64,000 nt of DNA from Candidatus Stercoripulliclostridium sp. (GCA_045577735.1 JAZNIY010000008.1:201088-265087), one strand, 5' to 3'; counted from the stretch's first letter, positions 39,317 through 50,412 are shown. Notes: generated from the sequence alone by a model not told the origin. Made by a program: numbers and translations.

Positions 39317-39931
39317 TTAACCGATGTACCAGTCTTGGTGAGATTTGATGATTTGTTGTTCTTCAACAACGAGCTCGTTTCTAATTCTATAGAGGTGACG
39401 ATTGGTAATCTTGGTGAGATTTTCTGTCTCTCTTGCATTCTTGATTAGAGACGCAATATAAACTATTGATAGAACAACTGCTGCTACCAAGAAAACGTAT
39501 TGGAATACCGCTGCGTTTACGAAGATGGTAGAGAAGTACATTATACCGTCAACGGTAAAGGCGGGAATAACGTTGTAAAGAGGAATGCTTCCACCAAGGT
39601 TTGAGAACGACCAAATTGTTAGCGCGTCTAATACTACAGCCAAAATGGTAATAAGAATTTTCTTAATTCCTTGCCAAATGAGCTTGCCGTAGAATTTGTC
39701 CTTGCCTAGCACCTTTTTGTTGGTGCCAAGGTAAAATTTGTCTGCACCAAGCCAGCCAAGTATGGTTGCAAAGACGGTTGCAACGGCGGGAGATTTTTCT
39801 TTGAGGGAGAGGAGGGTTACCAACTTGTCGGGGGAAACGTCTTCTAACGCAACTTTAGCACCATCCCAATCTTCCGTAGTGAGTTTATCTTTGTTTTGTT
39901 CCAAGAACATACCTATATGAATCTTTTTCAT
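39317..39931 (-). CDS. TM2-domain membrane protein
   Basis: KSP...LGWLGADKFYLG motif. Confidence 0.75.
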   Translation of the reverse strand: MKKIHIGMFLEQNKDKLTTEDWDGAKVALEDVSPDKLVTLLSLKEKSPAVATVFATILGWLGADKFYLGTNKKVLGKDKFYGKLIWQGIKKILITILAVVLDALTIWSFSNLGGSIPLYNVIPAFTVDGIMYFSTIFVNAAVFQYVFLVAAVVLSIVYIASLIKNARETENLTKITNRHLYRIRNELVVEEQQIIKSHQDWYIG

Positions 39932-40299
39932 TCTTTCTCTCCTAACTGTTCGGCATAGTCTTTTATTGAGTTAACTATCAATTGATAGTTGTATTCTTTA
40001 CAAAGGTTGTGGGTAAGGAAAAAATCTACAATATGCCAAGAACCCAAGGTAGCCCAGCCCAAAAGAAGTTTTTGTAGACCACCCACGTTGTCTTGAATAT
40101 AGAACCTGTCGGCACCGAGCCAACCGGCAAAGATTGCAAGACCTAGCGTAGTTCTTGGTGATTTTATGGGAATGGATTTTATAAAGCTATAGTCGTCTTC
40201 GGCCATACTGCGAAACAAAACGTCCAATGCCGTAATCTTATTTTCGGGGACAAAATGTTTGAAATGCAGTAATAGCTCGCTAACCTTAGTAGGTTGCAT
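39928..40299 (-). CDS. TM2-domain membrane protein
   Basis: KSP...GWLGADRFY...W.IVDFF motif; ATGA overlap with the next gene. Confidence 0.8.
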   Translation of the reverse strand: MQPTKVSELLLHFKHFVPENKITALDVLFRSMAEDDYSFIKSIPIKSPRTTLGLAIFAGWLGADRFYIQDNVGGLQKLLLGWATLGSWHIVDFFLTHNLCKEYNYQLIVNSIKDYAEQLGEKE

Positions 40300-40447
40300 A
40301 CAAACTCCTCCATTTTCACTAATTATTTATATTATATTATGAGGGCACATATTTGTCAAGAGGAAAAAAAATTATAATGTTTACATTATAGTTCAAAAAC
40401 AAAACCGCCCATATCGAGCGGTTAGGTTTTTATTCTTTTAGTTTCTC

Positions 40448-42601
40448 TTATTCTTTGTCACCATCGTCTTTGTTTTCATCCTCTTGAGATACGTTTTCTT
40501 GAGGATTTTCGTTTTCAACGATGGGGTTAGCGGGCCTTTCTTCCTCTACGATAATAACGGGATCGCTAATCGTAATGGTAGGCTCCTCCGATACTATGAA
40601 ATCACGAGGGTTGCCAAGAGGGTTTTCTTTTGCTCTTGCTTCTTCTGCCTTTTTCTTTGCTTCCTCTTCGCGCTTTGCCTTTTTTTCCAAGATATACTCG
40701 GTAATTTCTTCTGCGCTCTTGCCTTCCATGATTAGGTCAACTTCGTCGCCGTATATGGTTTCGTGTTGGAATAGGAGGGCAACCATAACGTGGAGCTTGT
40801 CCTCGTTTTCGCGAATGGTGGAAAGTGCTCTTTCGTAAGCCGTGTCGACAATCTTTCTAATTTCCTTGTCGATGATTGCCGCAACTTCGTCAGAATAGCT
40901 TGCTTGGGTTTGGTAATCTCTACCAATAAATACTTCTTGTTCGCCACCGAAGTATACGTTTCTAAGCTCGGGTGACATACCCCATTCGGTAACCATGCTA
41001 CGTGCAATGCTGGTAGCGTGCTTGATATCTTGGCTTGCGCCGGTAGTGATGTCGCGAATGATTATTTCTTCTGCCGCTCTACCACCCATAGTCATTGCAA
41101 TGGTGTCTTGCAGATGAGAAAGCGTGGTGTGAGCATCGTCGGATTTGGGACGAGAAATGGTGTAGCCTGCGGCTCTACCGCGAGGTATGATGCTAACCTC
41201 TTGAACAGCGTTGCAATTCTTCAAAAGTCTGCCGACAAGAGCGTGTCCGGCTTCGTGGTATGCAGTAATGCGTTTGTCCTTTTCAGTAACTACTCTACTG
41301 CGCTTTTGGGGTCCCGCAATAACCTTATTGATACCCTCAAGTATGTCAACCATAGTGATTAGCTTTCTGTCGTCACGCGCTGCAATAATGGCTGCTTCGT
41401 TAAGTAGGTTTGCAATATCAGCTCCACTAAAACCGGTGGTTAGACGGGCAAGGTTTTTAAAGTCGATGTCGGGGGACAAGGGTTTGTTTCTTGCGTGAAC
41501 GCGGAAGATGGCTTCTCTACCACGAACATCGGGAAGGTTGACGTAAATTTGACGGTCGAATCTGCCGGGACGAAGGAGAGCGGGGTCTAGTACATCGGCA
41601 CGGTTAGTTGCCGCCATAATAACTATGGATTCGTTTTCTTCAAAGCCGTCCATTTGAACGAGTAGTTGGTTCAAGGTTTGTTCACGTTCGTCGTTACCAC
41701 CACCAAGACCTGCGCCACGTTTTCTACCTACTGCGTCTATTTCGTCAATGAACACGATGCAGGGTTGAGCTTTCTTTGCTTGTGCAAAAAGATCTCTAAC
41801 ACGGCTTGCACCAACGCCAACGAACATTTCTACGAAGTCGGAACCACTAATGGAGAAGAAAGGCACGTTTGCTTCGCCTGCAACGGCTTTGGCAAATAGC
41901 GTCTTACCCGTTCCGGGAGGGCCTACTAGAAGTACGCCCTTGGGTATTTTTGCGCCAATATCTTTGAACTTCTTGGGGCTCTTTAGGAACTCAACGACCT
42001 CTTTTAGTTCTTGCTTTTCTTCTTCTGCACCGGCTACGTCGGTAAATCTTACCTTAACCTTGTCGACAGCTTTGGACTTGGTCTTGCCAAAGTTCATTGC
42101 GCCACCGTTGCCACCGCTTTGCTTACGCATAATTATGAATATAACTACTATGCAAGCAAGACCACCCAGTCCGGAAATAATGTAGGGGAGGTAACTAAAG
42201 AAACTGCCTTCGCTGGGATCGTTTAGCCAAATTGTGGGTAGTCCGTCTTTGAGTAGTCCGTCTTTGTCCAAGTTTTCTAGGGCTAGAACGAGGTTGTTAC
42301 GATAGGTGATAACCGAAACGGCATCTTTATACTTGCCTTTCTTGAAGTTTTCCACCTTTTTAGCGTAGTCCTCTGCGCTGGTTTCTGCATTTTTGGTATA
42401 GAGTACGTTGACAACGTAATCACCATCAAAATATAGAGCTTCGACGGAGCCGTCTTTGACCTTTTGAACAAGGCTATCGTAGCTTAAAATTTCGGGTTCG
42501 GACTTGCCTAGGTTAGTGAGAACTATGGCAAGAACAAGCACTACGATTACCATGGCGCCAATCATTATAAACGTTCTTTTATTGTTTTGTGTGGGGTTCA
42601 T
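40448..42601 (-). CDS. ftsH: ATP-dependent zinc metalloprotease FtsH
   Basis: Two TM helices, [16 protein letters not shown], the SRH region and HEAGH. Confidence 0.98.
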   Translation of the reverse strand: MNPTQNNKRTFIMIGAMVIVVLVLAIVLTNLGKSEPEILSYDSLVQKVKDGSVEALYFDGDYVVNVLYTKNAETSAEDYAKKVENFKKGKYKDAVSVITYRNNLVLALENLDKDGLLKDGLPTIWLNDPSEGSFFSYLPYIISGLGGLACIVVIFIIMRKQSGGNGGAMNFGKTKSKAVDKVKVRFTDVAGAEEEKQELKEVVEFLKSPKKFKDIGAKIPKGVLLVGPPGTGKTLFAKAVAGEANVPFFSISGSDFVEMFVGVGASRVRDLFAQAKKAQPCIVFIDEIDAVGRKRGAGLGGGNDEREQTLNQLLVQMDGFEENESIVIMAATNRADVLDPALLRPGRFDRQIYVNLPDVRGREAIFRVHARNKPLSPDIDFKNLARLTTGFSGADIANLLNEAAIIAARDDRKLITMVDILEGINKVIAGPQKRSRVVTEKDKRITAYHEAGHALVGRLLKNCNAVQEVSIIPRGRAAGYTISRPKSDDAHTTLSHLQDTIAMTMGGRAAEEIIIRDITTGASQDIKHATSIARSMVTEWGMSPELRNVYFGGEQEVFIGRDYQTQASYSDEVAAIIDKEIRKIVDTAYERALSTIRENEDKLHVMVALLFQHETIYGDEVDLIMEGKSAEEITEYILEKKAKREEEAKKKAEEARAKENPLGNPRDFIVSEEPTITISDPVIIVEEERPANPIVENENPQENVSQEDENKDDGDKE

Positions 42602-42683
42602 TTTATCCTCATGCGTTATTTAACGTTAAATATCGATATTTTTTCCATTATACCATAATATTTATTAAAGAGCAATTAAAGAT

Positions 42684-43220
42684 TTACCCCTTTTTGTGTA
42701 CTATGGAGAGAAAACTAAAAATATTATATGCAATTCGTTCACTCATATTTGCAACAAGGGAATAGGGGCAGTTCATTAGCGAGAATAAATTATCGTTGCT
42801 CCTTGGCGCGACCACTCCGAGAATGCCTATATCGCCTACGCGAGGTAGATTTTTCTTTAATGCTTCGCCTGCTTTTAGCCCTTTTGCGGAATATTTAATT
42901 TTGCCCACGTCTTTTTCGTCACCGACGCAGGCATCGACTGCAATAACGAGGCTGGATGGGTGCGTTTTTTTAAGATGTAGGAAGTATTTGTAGTAATTTA
43001 TGCCGTTGACAGGCGCGCGTATGCCACCGTAGACGTAGGCGGGCGTGCGATATTTGTCGCGAAGCAAGTCGCCCACCAGGGGGCCGAGGGAATCGCCTAT
43101 AACTTGGGAGGAACCAATGCACAAAACAACAGGGAGCGCCATAAGAAAGTTTATTAGCCATTCCCTTGCTTTTATGCAAGCTTGGCTAAAAAGGGGGAAA
43201 GGAAGGTCAAGAAAAGCCAT
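42684..43220 (-). CDS. yyaC: Spore protease YyaC family (DUF1256)
   Basis: CIGS..IGDSLGPLVG, IAVDACVG and VGDIGI motifs. The start may instead be 43142. Confidence 0.85.
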   Translation of the reverse strand: MAFLDLPFPLFSQACIKAREWLINFLMALPVVLCIGSSQVIGDSLGPLVGDLLRDKYRTPAYVYGGIRAPVNGINYYKYFLHLKKTHPSSLVIAVDACVGDEKDVGKIKYSAKGLKAGEALKKNLPRVGDIGILGVVAPRSNDNLFSLMNCPYSLVANMSERIAYNIFSFLSIVHKKG

Positions 43221-43230
43221 ATTTCCCCAC

Positions 43231-43259
43231 TTGACTTATATGCGCGCGTGTGTTAAAAT
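43231..43259 (+). promoter_or_regulatory. sigmaA promoter with a fully alternating 17-nt spacer
   Basis: TTGACT-tatatgcgcgcgtgtgt-TAAAAT. Confidence 0.75.
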
Positions 43260-43310
43260 ACATAATAGTATGGTGTATGCTCTAAAAGTGTGCACACTAG
43301 GAGGCTTATT

Positions 43311-44147
43311 ATGGAAATCATTTTAGATCTTGTGTTGGTAGCAATTATAGTCCTTATGGTTATGATTGGTATAAAACGTGGACTTGTTAAGACCTGTGTT
43401 GGTCTAATTTCTACCATTTTGGTAATAGTTGTTGCGATCGTAGCCGTTAATCCCGTTACCAATTTAATTATTGTTGGTACCGAATGGGACGATGACGTAC
43501 GCACTTCTTTGGAAAGTCCTCTTGCAGATAAGTTACCCAATGCTTACGCAAAGGTTTATTACTTTGACCTTAACGAAGACGGTGAAAAAGAACTCGTTTA
43601 TGAAATGGATGGCATAAAAGCACCCTTTGAAGAAATCTTCAAAGAAAACGCCGTTCTCGACTTCATTAACGTTGCAGGATTGCTCACCGATAGCGTAGAC
43701 GGATTACTACAAGAAAACGCAGAAAACAATCCCGAAATTGCAGACTACAAAGATCAAACCAATACCATAGACTTCATTGACGGCGTAACCACGCCCTTGA
43801 CCTCTATTATCTTTACTGGAATTTGCTTCATTTTACTACTAATCGTTTCCAGAATCGTAATAGCACTCCTATTCAAATTACTAAAGAAGCTAGTTTCTTC
43901 CTTGTATATCGTTCACTTCGTGGACAAGATGCTTGGTGGTGTATTTGGACTAGCAATGGGCGCACTATTCGTACTAGTGCTAGTAACCGTAATCCAAATC
44001 CTATCACAACTTGCATTCATGGATGCAATTAGCGAGTTTATGTCCAAGACCATCGTAACCAAGTTCTTAATGGAAAACAATTTCCTTTATGATTTCCTAA
44101 TTAACTCCATTAACCTTGGCGAACTAATGGGAAGCTTAGGCAAATAG
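43311..44147 (+). CDS. CvpA (colicin V production) family membrane protein
   Basis: GIKRGLV near the N-terminus and DKMLGGVFGL near the C-terminus; RBS AGGAGG. Confidence 0.75.
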   Translation: MEIILDLVLVAIIVLMVMIGIKRGLVKTCVGLISTILVIVVAIVAVNPVTNLIIVGTEWDDDVRTSLESPLADKLPNAYAKVYYFDLNEDGEKELVYEMDGIKAPFEEIFKENAVLDFINVAGLLTDSVDGLLQENAENNPEIADYKDQTNTIDFIDGVTTPLTSIIFTGICFILLLIVSRIVIALLFKLLKKLVSSLYIVHFVDKMLGGVFGLAMGALFVLVLVTVIQILSQLAFMDAISEFMSKTIVTKFLMENNFLYDFLINSINLGELMGSLGK

Positions 44148-44184
44148 TTAAAAAATAACGGACTAAAATAAAAGGAGAAGACCT

Positions 44185-46467
44185 ATGTTAAAACACTTTG
44201 GTGGTTTTGTTATGGGTATTACCGTTGGTATTCTAATTATATCCATCACCCTTGTTGGCGGTGGATATCTCCTTCTTACCAAAGAGGGAATGATGAAGAC
44301 GGTAGAAGAAAACGTTGGTGCCAGCGTAGGAATGGACCTCAACGAAGAGCAAGAACAACTCTCCATACTAGATTATGGTATGAGTATTTTGGAAATCTTC
44401 GGCAATCTTTCCGATACGCCTATTAAGGATATTGAAAATACCGTAGGTATCAACAAGATTTCCACGACCATAAGCGATGCCGTGGGCATTGAAGCTGGTG
44501 TAATTGGTGAAAGCTCCATTTCCAATCTGGGCGCAACCCTTGCTGATAATCTTACTATGAATATTATGCAAGACAAGTTCGAGGTTGAGCTTCCAGACCT
44601 ACCTATGTTCAACGACGAAGAATTCCTTTCCAAGCCCATGAACGAAGCCTTTGGCGACCTTGACCAAAACACTCTTGACGGCTTTATCGAAGTTGTATAC
44701 GACGAAGATGCTACCGAAGAAAATCCAGCAAGTAGCGCACTTCTCCAAAAACTCGGCAAAAAGACGCTAAAAGAGGTTTCCGAGGATATGGATGCCATCA
44801 TCCAAGATACCGCTATAGGTGAGGTCGTGGACATTACCGAAGAGAGCGCAGAGGTTATGCAATACCTAAAGGACACCAAGATTGGTGAGCTTGACGGCGC
44901 AATTAAAGACATGAAGATTTCGGACGCTATTGCTATTGATGAAAACAGCTCCGAAGTTATGAAATACCTAAAGGACAAAAAACTTGACGAGCTTGACGGC
45001 GCAATCAAGGAAATGAAGATTAAAGACGCCATCACCATTCATTTTGAAGACGATCCCGAAAACGGCATTAAAAAGTCCAGCAAGGTACTAATATATCTAC
45101 AAGACAGCACCCTCGAGGAAATTGACGAAAATATTAAGAAAATGACCATCGGCGATGCTATTGATATTGACGAAAACAGCAGTAGGGTACTACGTTATTT
45201 GCAAAACAGCAAATTGGACGAGCTCGATGCCGACATCAAAGAGATGACTCTTTCCGACACCGTTGATATCTATCTTGAAGACGATCCCGAAAACGGCATT
45301 AAGAAGTCCAGTAAAGTTCTCATTTACCTAAAGGACTGCAAGATTGACGAACTTAATGCAGAAATTGAAAAGATGACCATTGCCGACGCGGTAGAAATTA
45401 CCGAAGACAGCCACCCCGTCATGAGGGCAATAGCCGACCTAACCCTAAACCAACTTGGCGAAAAAGATGAACTTCAAACCAGAATTAACGGCTTAATGCT
45501 AAAAGATGTTGTGGAAATTGATGAAGAGGATGAAAACACTCCTAAGATCTTGTTAGCACTAAAAGACAGCTACGTTGGCGATCTTTCCGAGGATATGGAC
45601 AAACTCACCATTGAGCAAGTAATGGACGATAGTGATTCCGGCATCTTCTCACTCATTCCCTCCGACACCAGGATACAAGACGTAGGTTCTGCTTCTTCCG
45701 ATGCTGTAACCGACACCTCTCTTTATGCTTTGAGAGCAGTAGGTATCTTCGAGTATTCCCTTAAGGCAGACCAATACTCCTTCCTAGAGCTTATTGCAAG
45801 AATAAACAAGAATAACGGAACTCCCGATGAAATCATTAACGACTTCACTAAGGGCGACATGTCTAGTGGTAACATCGCTCTTGACCAATCCATTACTCAC
45901 TCCGTATATCTTACCAAAGACGGCACCGTTAACAATGCTACCTTTAAAGCAACTGCAGAAATGCAACTGGGATACGAGGGCATAGGCGTAAGCAACGACG
46001 TTGTCGTGCTCAATTCCATTGACGGCATCACCATTAACGCTAACGGCGCATACGTATTAAGCCCCGAAGTCGTTCACAATATTGCAAATCTTGCAAATAT
46101 CGGTGCAAATCATAGCATAGTATTCTACGTTGACCAAGGTATCGACCTAGAAATCCAAGCAGGACAAACCGACGGCGTATACGATAACTACGACATCCTA
46201 TTCTCCGTAATGTACGACGTTAACAATGCAGTTGACCAAGGTACCCTTTACTTTGGTAGTGGCATCAGATCGGAAAACGCTATGGGTGGATGTGCTGTTT
46301 ACGTAGCAGATAATATCAAGGTACTAGACGGAGAGAGTAACTACGTTGATTACGATTTTGTAAGTGCTCTACCCATTACCTTCAAGATGGTTAAGAAGAA
46401 CAGCACCAGTCCCCTTGAACCCAATACTTGGGCACAAGCATACAACGCATACGATAGTTTGATCTAA
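44185..46467 (+). CDS. Membrane-anchored acidic protein with ~34-aa repeats
   Basis: N-terminal TM helix; repeats of type IGEVVDITEESAEVMQYLKDTKIGELDGAIKDMK. Confidence 0.75.
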   Translation: MLKHFGGFVMGITVGILIISITLVGGGYLLLTKEGMMKTVEENVGASVGMDLNEEQEQLSILDYGMSILEIFGNLSDTPIKDIENTVGINKISTTISDAVGIEAGVIGESSISNLGATLADNLTMNIMQDKFEVELPDLPMFNDEEFLSKPMNEAFGDLDQNTLDGFIEVVYDEDATEENPASSALLQKLGKKTLKEVSEDMDAIIQDTAIGEVVDITEESAEVMQYLKDTKIGELDGAIKDMKISDAIAIDENSSEVMKYLKDKKLDELDGAIKEMKIKDAITIHFEDDPENGIKKSSKVLIYLQDSTLEEIDENIKKMTIGDAIDIDENSSRVLRYLQNSKLDELDADIKEMTLSDTVDIYLEDDPENGIKKSSKVLIYLKDCKIDELNAEIEKMTIADAVEITEDSHPVMRAIADLTLNQLGEKDELQTRINGLMLKDVVEIDEEDENTPKILLALKDSYVGDLSEDMDKLTIEQVMDDSDSGIFSLIPSDTRIQDVGSASSDAVTDTSLYALRAVGIFEYSLKADQYSFLELIARINKNNGTPDEIINDFTKGDMSSGNIALDQSITHSVYLTKDGTVNNATFKATAEMQLGYEGIGVSNDVVVLNSIDGITINANGAYVLSPEVVHNIANLANIGANHSIVFYVDQGIDLEIQAGQTDGVYDNYDILFSVMYDVNNAVDQGTLYFGSGIRSENAMGGCAVYVADNIKVLDGESNYVDYDFVSALPITFKMVKKNSTSPLEPNTWAQAYNAYDSLI

Positions 46468-47450
46468 TGAAAGTAAAATTAAACGCTAAAAACACAAGCC
46501 TTCGCAATCTTCTCGAAAGCGAAGGTTTTGTATTTCCCTGTGGGGGAAAAGGACTTTGTGGAAGGTGTAAGATAGTTGCACCTACCCTTCCTATTACCGA
46601 AAAGGACAGAACTTTTATACCTGAAGCCGACCTAGAAAGTGGCGTGCGCCTTGCTTGCGACAAAGTAGTAGACGGCGAACTCGAGCTGGATTGCTTGCTG
46701 GAAAGAAGTGAGAAGAAGAAAAAGAAGATCTCCGAAGCCGATGCCTACGTTATTTTTGAGGACGGCAGAACGGTTGTGGGACTATGTGATGGTGGAGAGA
46801 TACTAGACGAAGTTATACTTCCTCCAACGCCCACTTCGTTTAGAGAACTTCGTAGTGTTGCGCAAAAGGAAACCGTGGAGTTGTATGAAGAGCACGGACT
46901 AGCGAAGGCAACCATAATTTTGCTTAGTGGCACGCCCCAAAAATTTAGCGAGGTAACGGGCATAATCGAGGAATACGATTATTGCACCACGGTGGAGGCA
47001 AAGCTCTTTGATATGACATCGGAAGAGGTACTAATGGTACCAAAGCCCACGGCACTCATCGGTGGAGATATACTCCTAGAAATGTTGGGAAGGTTGGAGG
47101 GCACCATGCTCGTAAAAGACGGATACATTGCCTACCTGGAGGAAAACCACCTCTTTATCGCGCGCGTGATACCTAATATTAACGCCCCTGCAACCTACGT
47201 TACGGCAATAGCATACTTTATTAAAAGGTTCGCGCCAAAAGCCAAGTACGTAGTAGGGGACAACCCCTTGGCAAAGGCTTGTGGTCTAGTACCCGTACAA
47301 AGTAAAGTTAGTGAAAACTCTGCAAGCCTGCTTGCTTCCAATCGTCCCAAAGCCAAGCTGGAAAGACTAACCAAAAAGGTCGTTGAACTTTCCCTTGCCG
47401 ACGACGACCTCTTCCAAGAACTACTTACCGAGATAGCAAATAAGGCTTAA
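46467..47450 (+). CDS. 2Fe-2S ferredoxin-domain protein, reduced RACo/ASKHA-like
   Basis: CGGKGLCGRC...RLAC and a residual IGGDI. Confidence 0.65.
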   Translation: MKVKLNAKNTSLRNLLESEGFVFPCGGKGLCGRCKIVAPTLPITEKDRTFIPEADLESGVRLACDKVVDGELELDCLLERSEKKKKKISEADAYVIFEDGRTVVGLCDGGEILDEVILPPTPTSFRELRSVAQKETVELYEEHGLAKATIILLSGTPQKFSEVTGIIEEYDYCTTVEAKLFDMTSEEVLMVPKPTALIGGDILLEMLGRLEGTMLVKDGYIAYLEENHLFIARVIPNINAPATYVTAIAYFIKRFAPKAKYVVGDNPLAKACGLVPVQSKVSENSASLLASNRPKAKLERLTKKVVELSLADDDLFQELLTEIANKA

Positions 47451-47786
47451 AGCCCTGTTTTCATACTCCAGTATTTTATTGATTTTGGGGTGATCCAGTT
47501 GGTCAAGAAGGGTAAAGAGTTCAATTTGAAGAGCAAGAATTTTTGATGTTTCCCCCTCTCTTGGTAAATGCCGAGGAGAGGGGTTTTTGTTTTCCGTAAG
47601 CATACCTTTTACGCACTCTTTTAGGGATATTACGTATCCCACCACTTTGCGCGCGTGTGAAAGCCTAGAAAGAAGATATATTTGCTCGTTTAATATATCT
47701 ATTATTTGTGTTACCAAAGGATGCTCCGAGCCGTTTAATTTAAGGTTGTACGCCCGCGCAAGGTTTTCCATGTAATCGTCTTTCAT
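47421..47786 (-). CDS. Hypothetical helical protein
   Basis: ORF between a terminator (47855-47882) and a convergent gene; start placed at MKDDY. Confidence 0.5.
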   Translation of the reverse strand: MKDDYMENLARAYNLKLNGSEHPLVTQIIDILNEQIYLLSRLSHARKVVGYVISLKECVKGMLTENKNPSPRHLPREGETSKILALQIELFTLLDQLDHPKINKILEYENRALSLICYLGK

Positions 47787-47908
47787 AGCACTAATGTATG
47801 CAATAAAAAGGGAATATGGTGAAAGAAATCGCAGGAAAGGTTGGGGTAAAATTAAGGGCACCTTTGGAGGGTGCCCTTTTTAATGAGATAACGTGCTGAA
47901 AATTCGGT

Positions 47909-50080
47909 TTATTTGTTATGCTTCTCTTTGAAGAAGAGAAGTAGGCTTGCCGACAAGCATACGTATACGCTACTTGCGTTGTGGACAAGCGCGCCACTTA
48001 CTGCGTTAAGTAGCCCAAGGGCGGAGAGCACGACCGAGGTTAAGCTAATGCAAAGCGAGAGTATTATGTTTACGGTTACCAGCCTGAAGGTTACGCGGGA
48101 AAGCTTGATGAGGAAGGGGACCTTTCTAAGGTCGTTAGCAAGGAGGGATACGTCTGCCGTTTCTATTGCCACGCTGTTGCCCATTGCGCCCATTGCTAGG
48201 GAAGTATCGCTTGCACTCATTGCGGGAGCATCGTTTACGCCGTCGCCCACCATAAGTACTTTGCCTTCCTTTTTGTACTCTTCTATGCACTCAACCTTGT
48301 TTTCGGGAAGAAGCCCTGCCTTGACTTCTTCTATGCCAACCTTGGAGGCAATAAGAGATGCTGAAGCGTGATTGTCACCCGTTAGCATTACTGGTTTTAC
48401 GCCAAGGGCTTTTAGTTCGTTTATGGCACTTTGGGAGCCTTTACGCAAGGTATCGGTTATTAAAATTGCACCTTTATATTCTCCATCTATCATTACGGCA
48501 ACGGTGGTGGAGGAGGATAAAAGGAGTTTGCCCTTTTCGCTTTCGGGTAGGTCTTGTAGTACTTCGGAGAGCTTTAAGATTTCTATTTTTTTGTTTTCAA
48601 CTACGGCTTTAATACCTACGCCCACCTTGCTTTCCGTGCTACTGGGCTCGCTAATTTCGCCATCGTATGCGTTAACTATGGCTTTACCGATGAGGTGTTC
48701 GGACTTGCTTTCAGCAGAGGCGGAAAGACGTAGCAATTCTTCCCTTTCTATGCCGTAGGGGACGACCTCTTGCACTATGGGTTTGCCCTCGGTTAGAGTG
48801 CCCGTTTTATCAAGGCAAACCACCTTGATTTTGGAAAGGGCTTCAAATGCAACGCCACTCTTTACAAGTATACCTTTCTTACTTGCGTTACCAATTCCCG
48901 CGGCAACGCCAATGGGCACTGCGAGAGTCATTGCGCAAGGACATACCACTATGAGAATGGTTATTGCTCTTTGTATGGCATCGAGAGCGCTGACTTTAAG
49001 ACCGAATAGGGCAACGAAGAAAACTATAACTGCAAGGGTACAAGTGGTAGGTACGAAATAACTGGCCCATTTGTCGGCAAGACGAACGAAGGGTGCCTTT
49101 TTCTTTTCTGCCTCTTTTACGTAGGCTATCAGTTTGGAGAGAGAGGTTTCCGTGCTGACGCTGGTTGCCTTAATTTCTATTGCGCTGTCCAAATTTTTGG
49201 TTCCGGCATATACCTTGTCGCCGGGGGAAACGTCAAGAGGTGCGTATTCTCCCGTAATAGAAGAGGTGTCAACGGAGCCTTGTCCCGATACTACTATGCC
49301 GTCAAGGGCAATGACTTCGTGGGGGCGAGTTAGAAGAACGTCGCCAACGTTTATGGTATTTACGTTGACGTCAACGTAACCCTCGCCGGTTTTTAACGTT
49401 GCGAGTACGGGGGTCATATCAATAAGGTCCTTGACTGCGCTACGTGACTTTCTACTGGTCACACCCTCAATTTGTTGACCGAGTGTCATTAGGAAGGCGA
49501 TTTCGCCGGCAGCAAAAATATAACTACCATGGCCGTGTCCTTCGCCTACGCCAAACGCCATAAGTATACCCATTACGATACTTGCCGTCATAGCAATGCT
49601 AATGAGGAGTGCTGCGGTAATCTTTTTGCGCTTCAAGTTCTTTATTGCGCCACGATATATGGGCGTGCCACAAAGCACGATAACCACCCAAGCGGGGTCG
49701 AATACTGCAGTAAAGGGGTAGGGGTGATATACGTCAAAGTGTGAAAGCAGATAGCTTGCAATAAGTATGGGGAGGGATACTATTAGGAATATCCAATACT
49801 TGCCGAGTCTACCTTTTTTTGGTGTTTGGGAAAGGTCTACGCCACAGCAAGAGGCATGCTCGGGTTCCTCTAAATCTATGCCACAGCAAGAGCAACCTAC
49901 GGTGCCTTCCTCTTCTTCGGAATGTTGCTCTCTAAGAGAATGTTCTTCGTGAGAGGGGTTCGCAAGGGAACAATTTTCGCCCTCGTGAGTGTGGTGGTGT
50001 TTTCCGCAACCACAACTGCAGTTATGCTCGTTTTGGCAACCCAATTCTTCGTTTTGGGGCATTAAATCTCTATTTTCCAT
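47909..50080 (-). CDS. Heavy-metal-translocating P1B-type ATPase
   Basis: TGE, CPC, DKTGTLT, SEH, TGD and GDGVNDAP motifs; His/Cys-rich N-terminus. Confidence 0.93.
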   Translation of the reverse strand: MENRDLMPQNEELGCQNEHNCSCGCGKHHHTHEGENCSLANPSHEEHSLREQHSEEEEGTVGCSCCGIDLEEPEHASCCGVDLSQTPKKGRLGKYWIFLIVSLPILIASYLLSHFDVYHPYPFTAVFDPAWVVIVLCGTPIYRGAIKNLKRKKITAALLISIAMTASIVMGILMAFGVGEGHGHGSYIFAAGEIAFLMTLGQQIEGVTSRKSRSAVKDLIDMTPVLATLKTGEGYVDVNVNTINVGDVLLTRPHEVIALDGIVVSGQGSVDTSSITGEYAPLDVSPGDKVYAGTKNLDSAIEIKATSVSTETSLSKLIAYVKEAEKKKAPFVRLADKWASYFVPTTCTLAVIVFFVALFGLKVSALDAIQRAITILIVVCPCAMTLAVPIGVAAGIGNASKKGILVKSGVAFEALSKIKVVCLDKTGTLTEGKPIVQEVVPYGIEREELLRLSASAESKSEHLIGKAIVNAYDGEISEPSSTESKVGVGIKAVVENKKIEILKLSEVLQDLPESEKGKLLLSSSTTVAVMIDGEYKGAILITDTLRKGSQSAINELKALGVKPVMLTGDNHASASLIASKVGIEEVKAGLLPENKVECIEEYKKEGKVLMVGDGVNDAPAMSASDTSLAMGAMGNSVAIETADVSLLANDLRKVPFLIKLSRVTFRLVTVNIILSLCISLTSVVLSALGLLNAVSGALVHNASSVYVCLSASLLLFFKEKHNK

Positions 50081-50087
50081 ATTTCAA

Positions 50088-50345
50088 CTACATAAATTTT
50101 TCTATAATCTTAGTGAATGCTTGCATTACGTCGTCTTCACCTCTGGCAACCGACTCTTTAACGCAAGTGTTAAGGTGGTTTTTAAGAATAATGTTGGAAG
50201 TTTTCTTTAGTGCACAAGTGCAAGCGTGTAGCTGTACGAGTACCTTTTCACATTCTTCACCGTTTTCTATCATTTTAACGATACCTTTAATTTGACCGTC
50301 AATGCGATTAAGTCTTGTGATGCATTCTTTACCATATTCTTTCAT
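50088..50345 (-). CDS. csoR: CsoR/RcnR-family metal-sensing repressor
   Basis: RLNRIDGQIKGI..M...ECEKVLVQ...HLNTC. Confidence 0.88.
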   Translation of the reverse strand: MKEYGKECITRLNRIDGQIKGIVKMIENGEECEKVLVQLHACTCALKKTSNIILKNHLNTCVKESVARGEDDVMQAFTKIIEKFM

Positions 50346-50359
50346 ATTTGCTCCTTAAT

Positions 50360-50412
50360 ATACCCCCGTGGGGTATCTGTTTATAGTACTAATATATACC
50401 CCCTAGGGGTAT
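50360..50412. promoter_or_regulatory. Two CsoR operators overlapping the csoR promoter
   Basis: ATACCCCCGTGGGGTAT (50360-76) and ATACCCCCTAGGGGTAT (50396-412). Confidence 0.85.

Noticed and set aside
27701..42601. Arg codon reassignment (AGG or CGG)
   Set aside because: AGG occurs at conserved Arg positions (prfB KRRHTS, alaS VRRIK), and the one CGG checked (radical SAM ARRLK) fits Arg. This was a limited check only.
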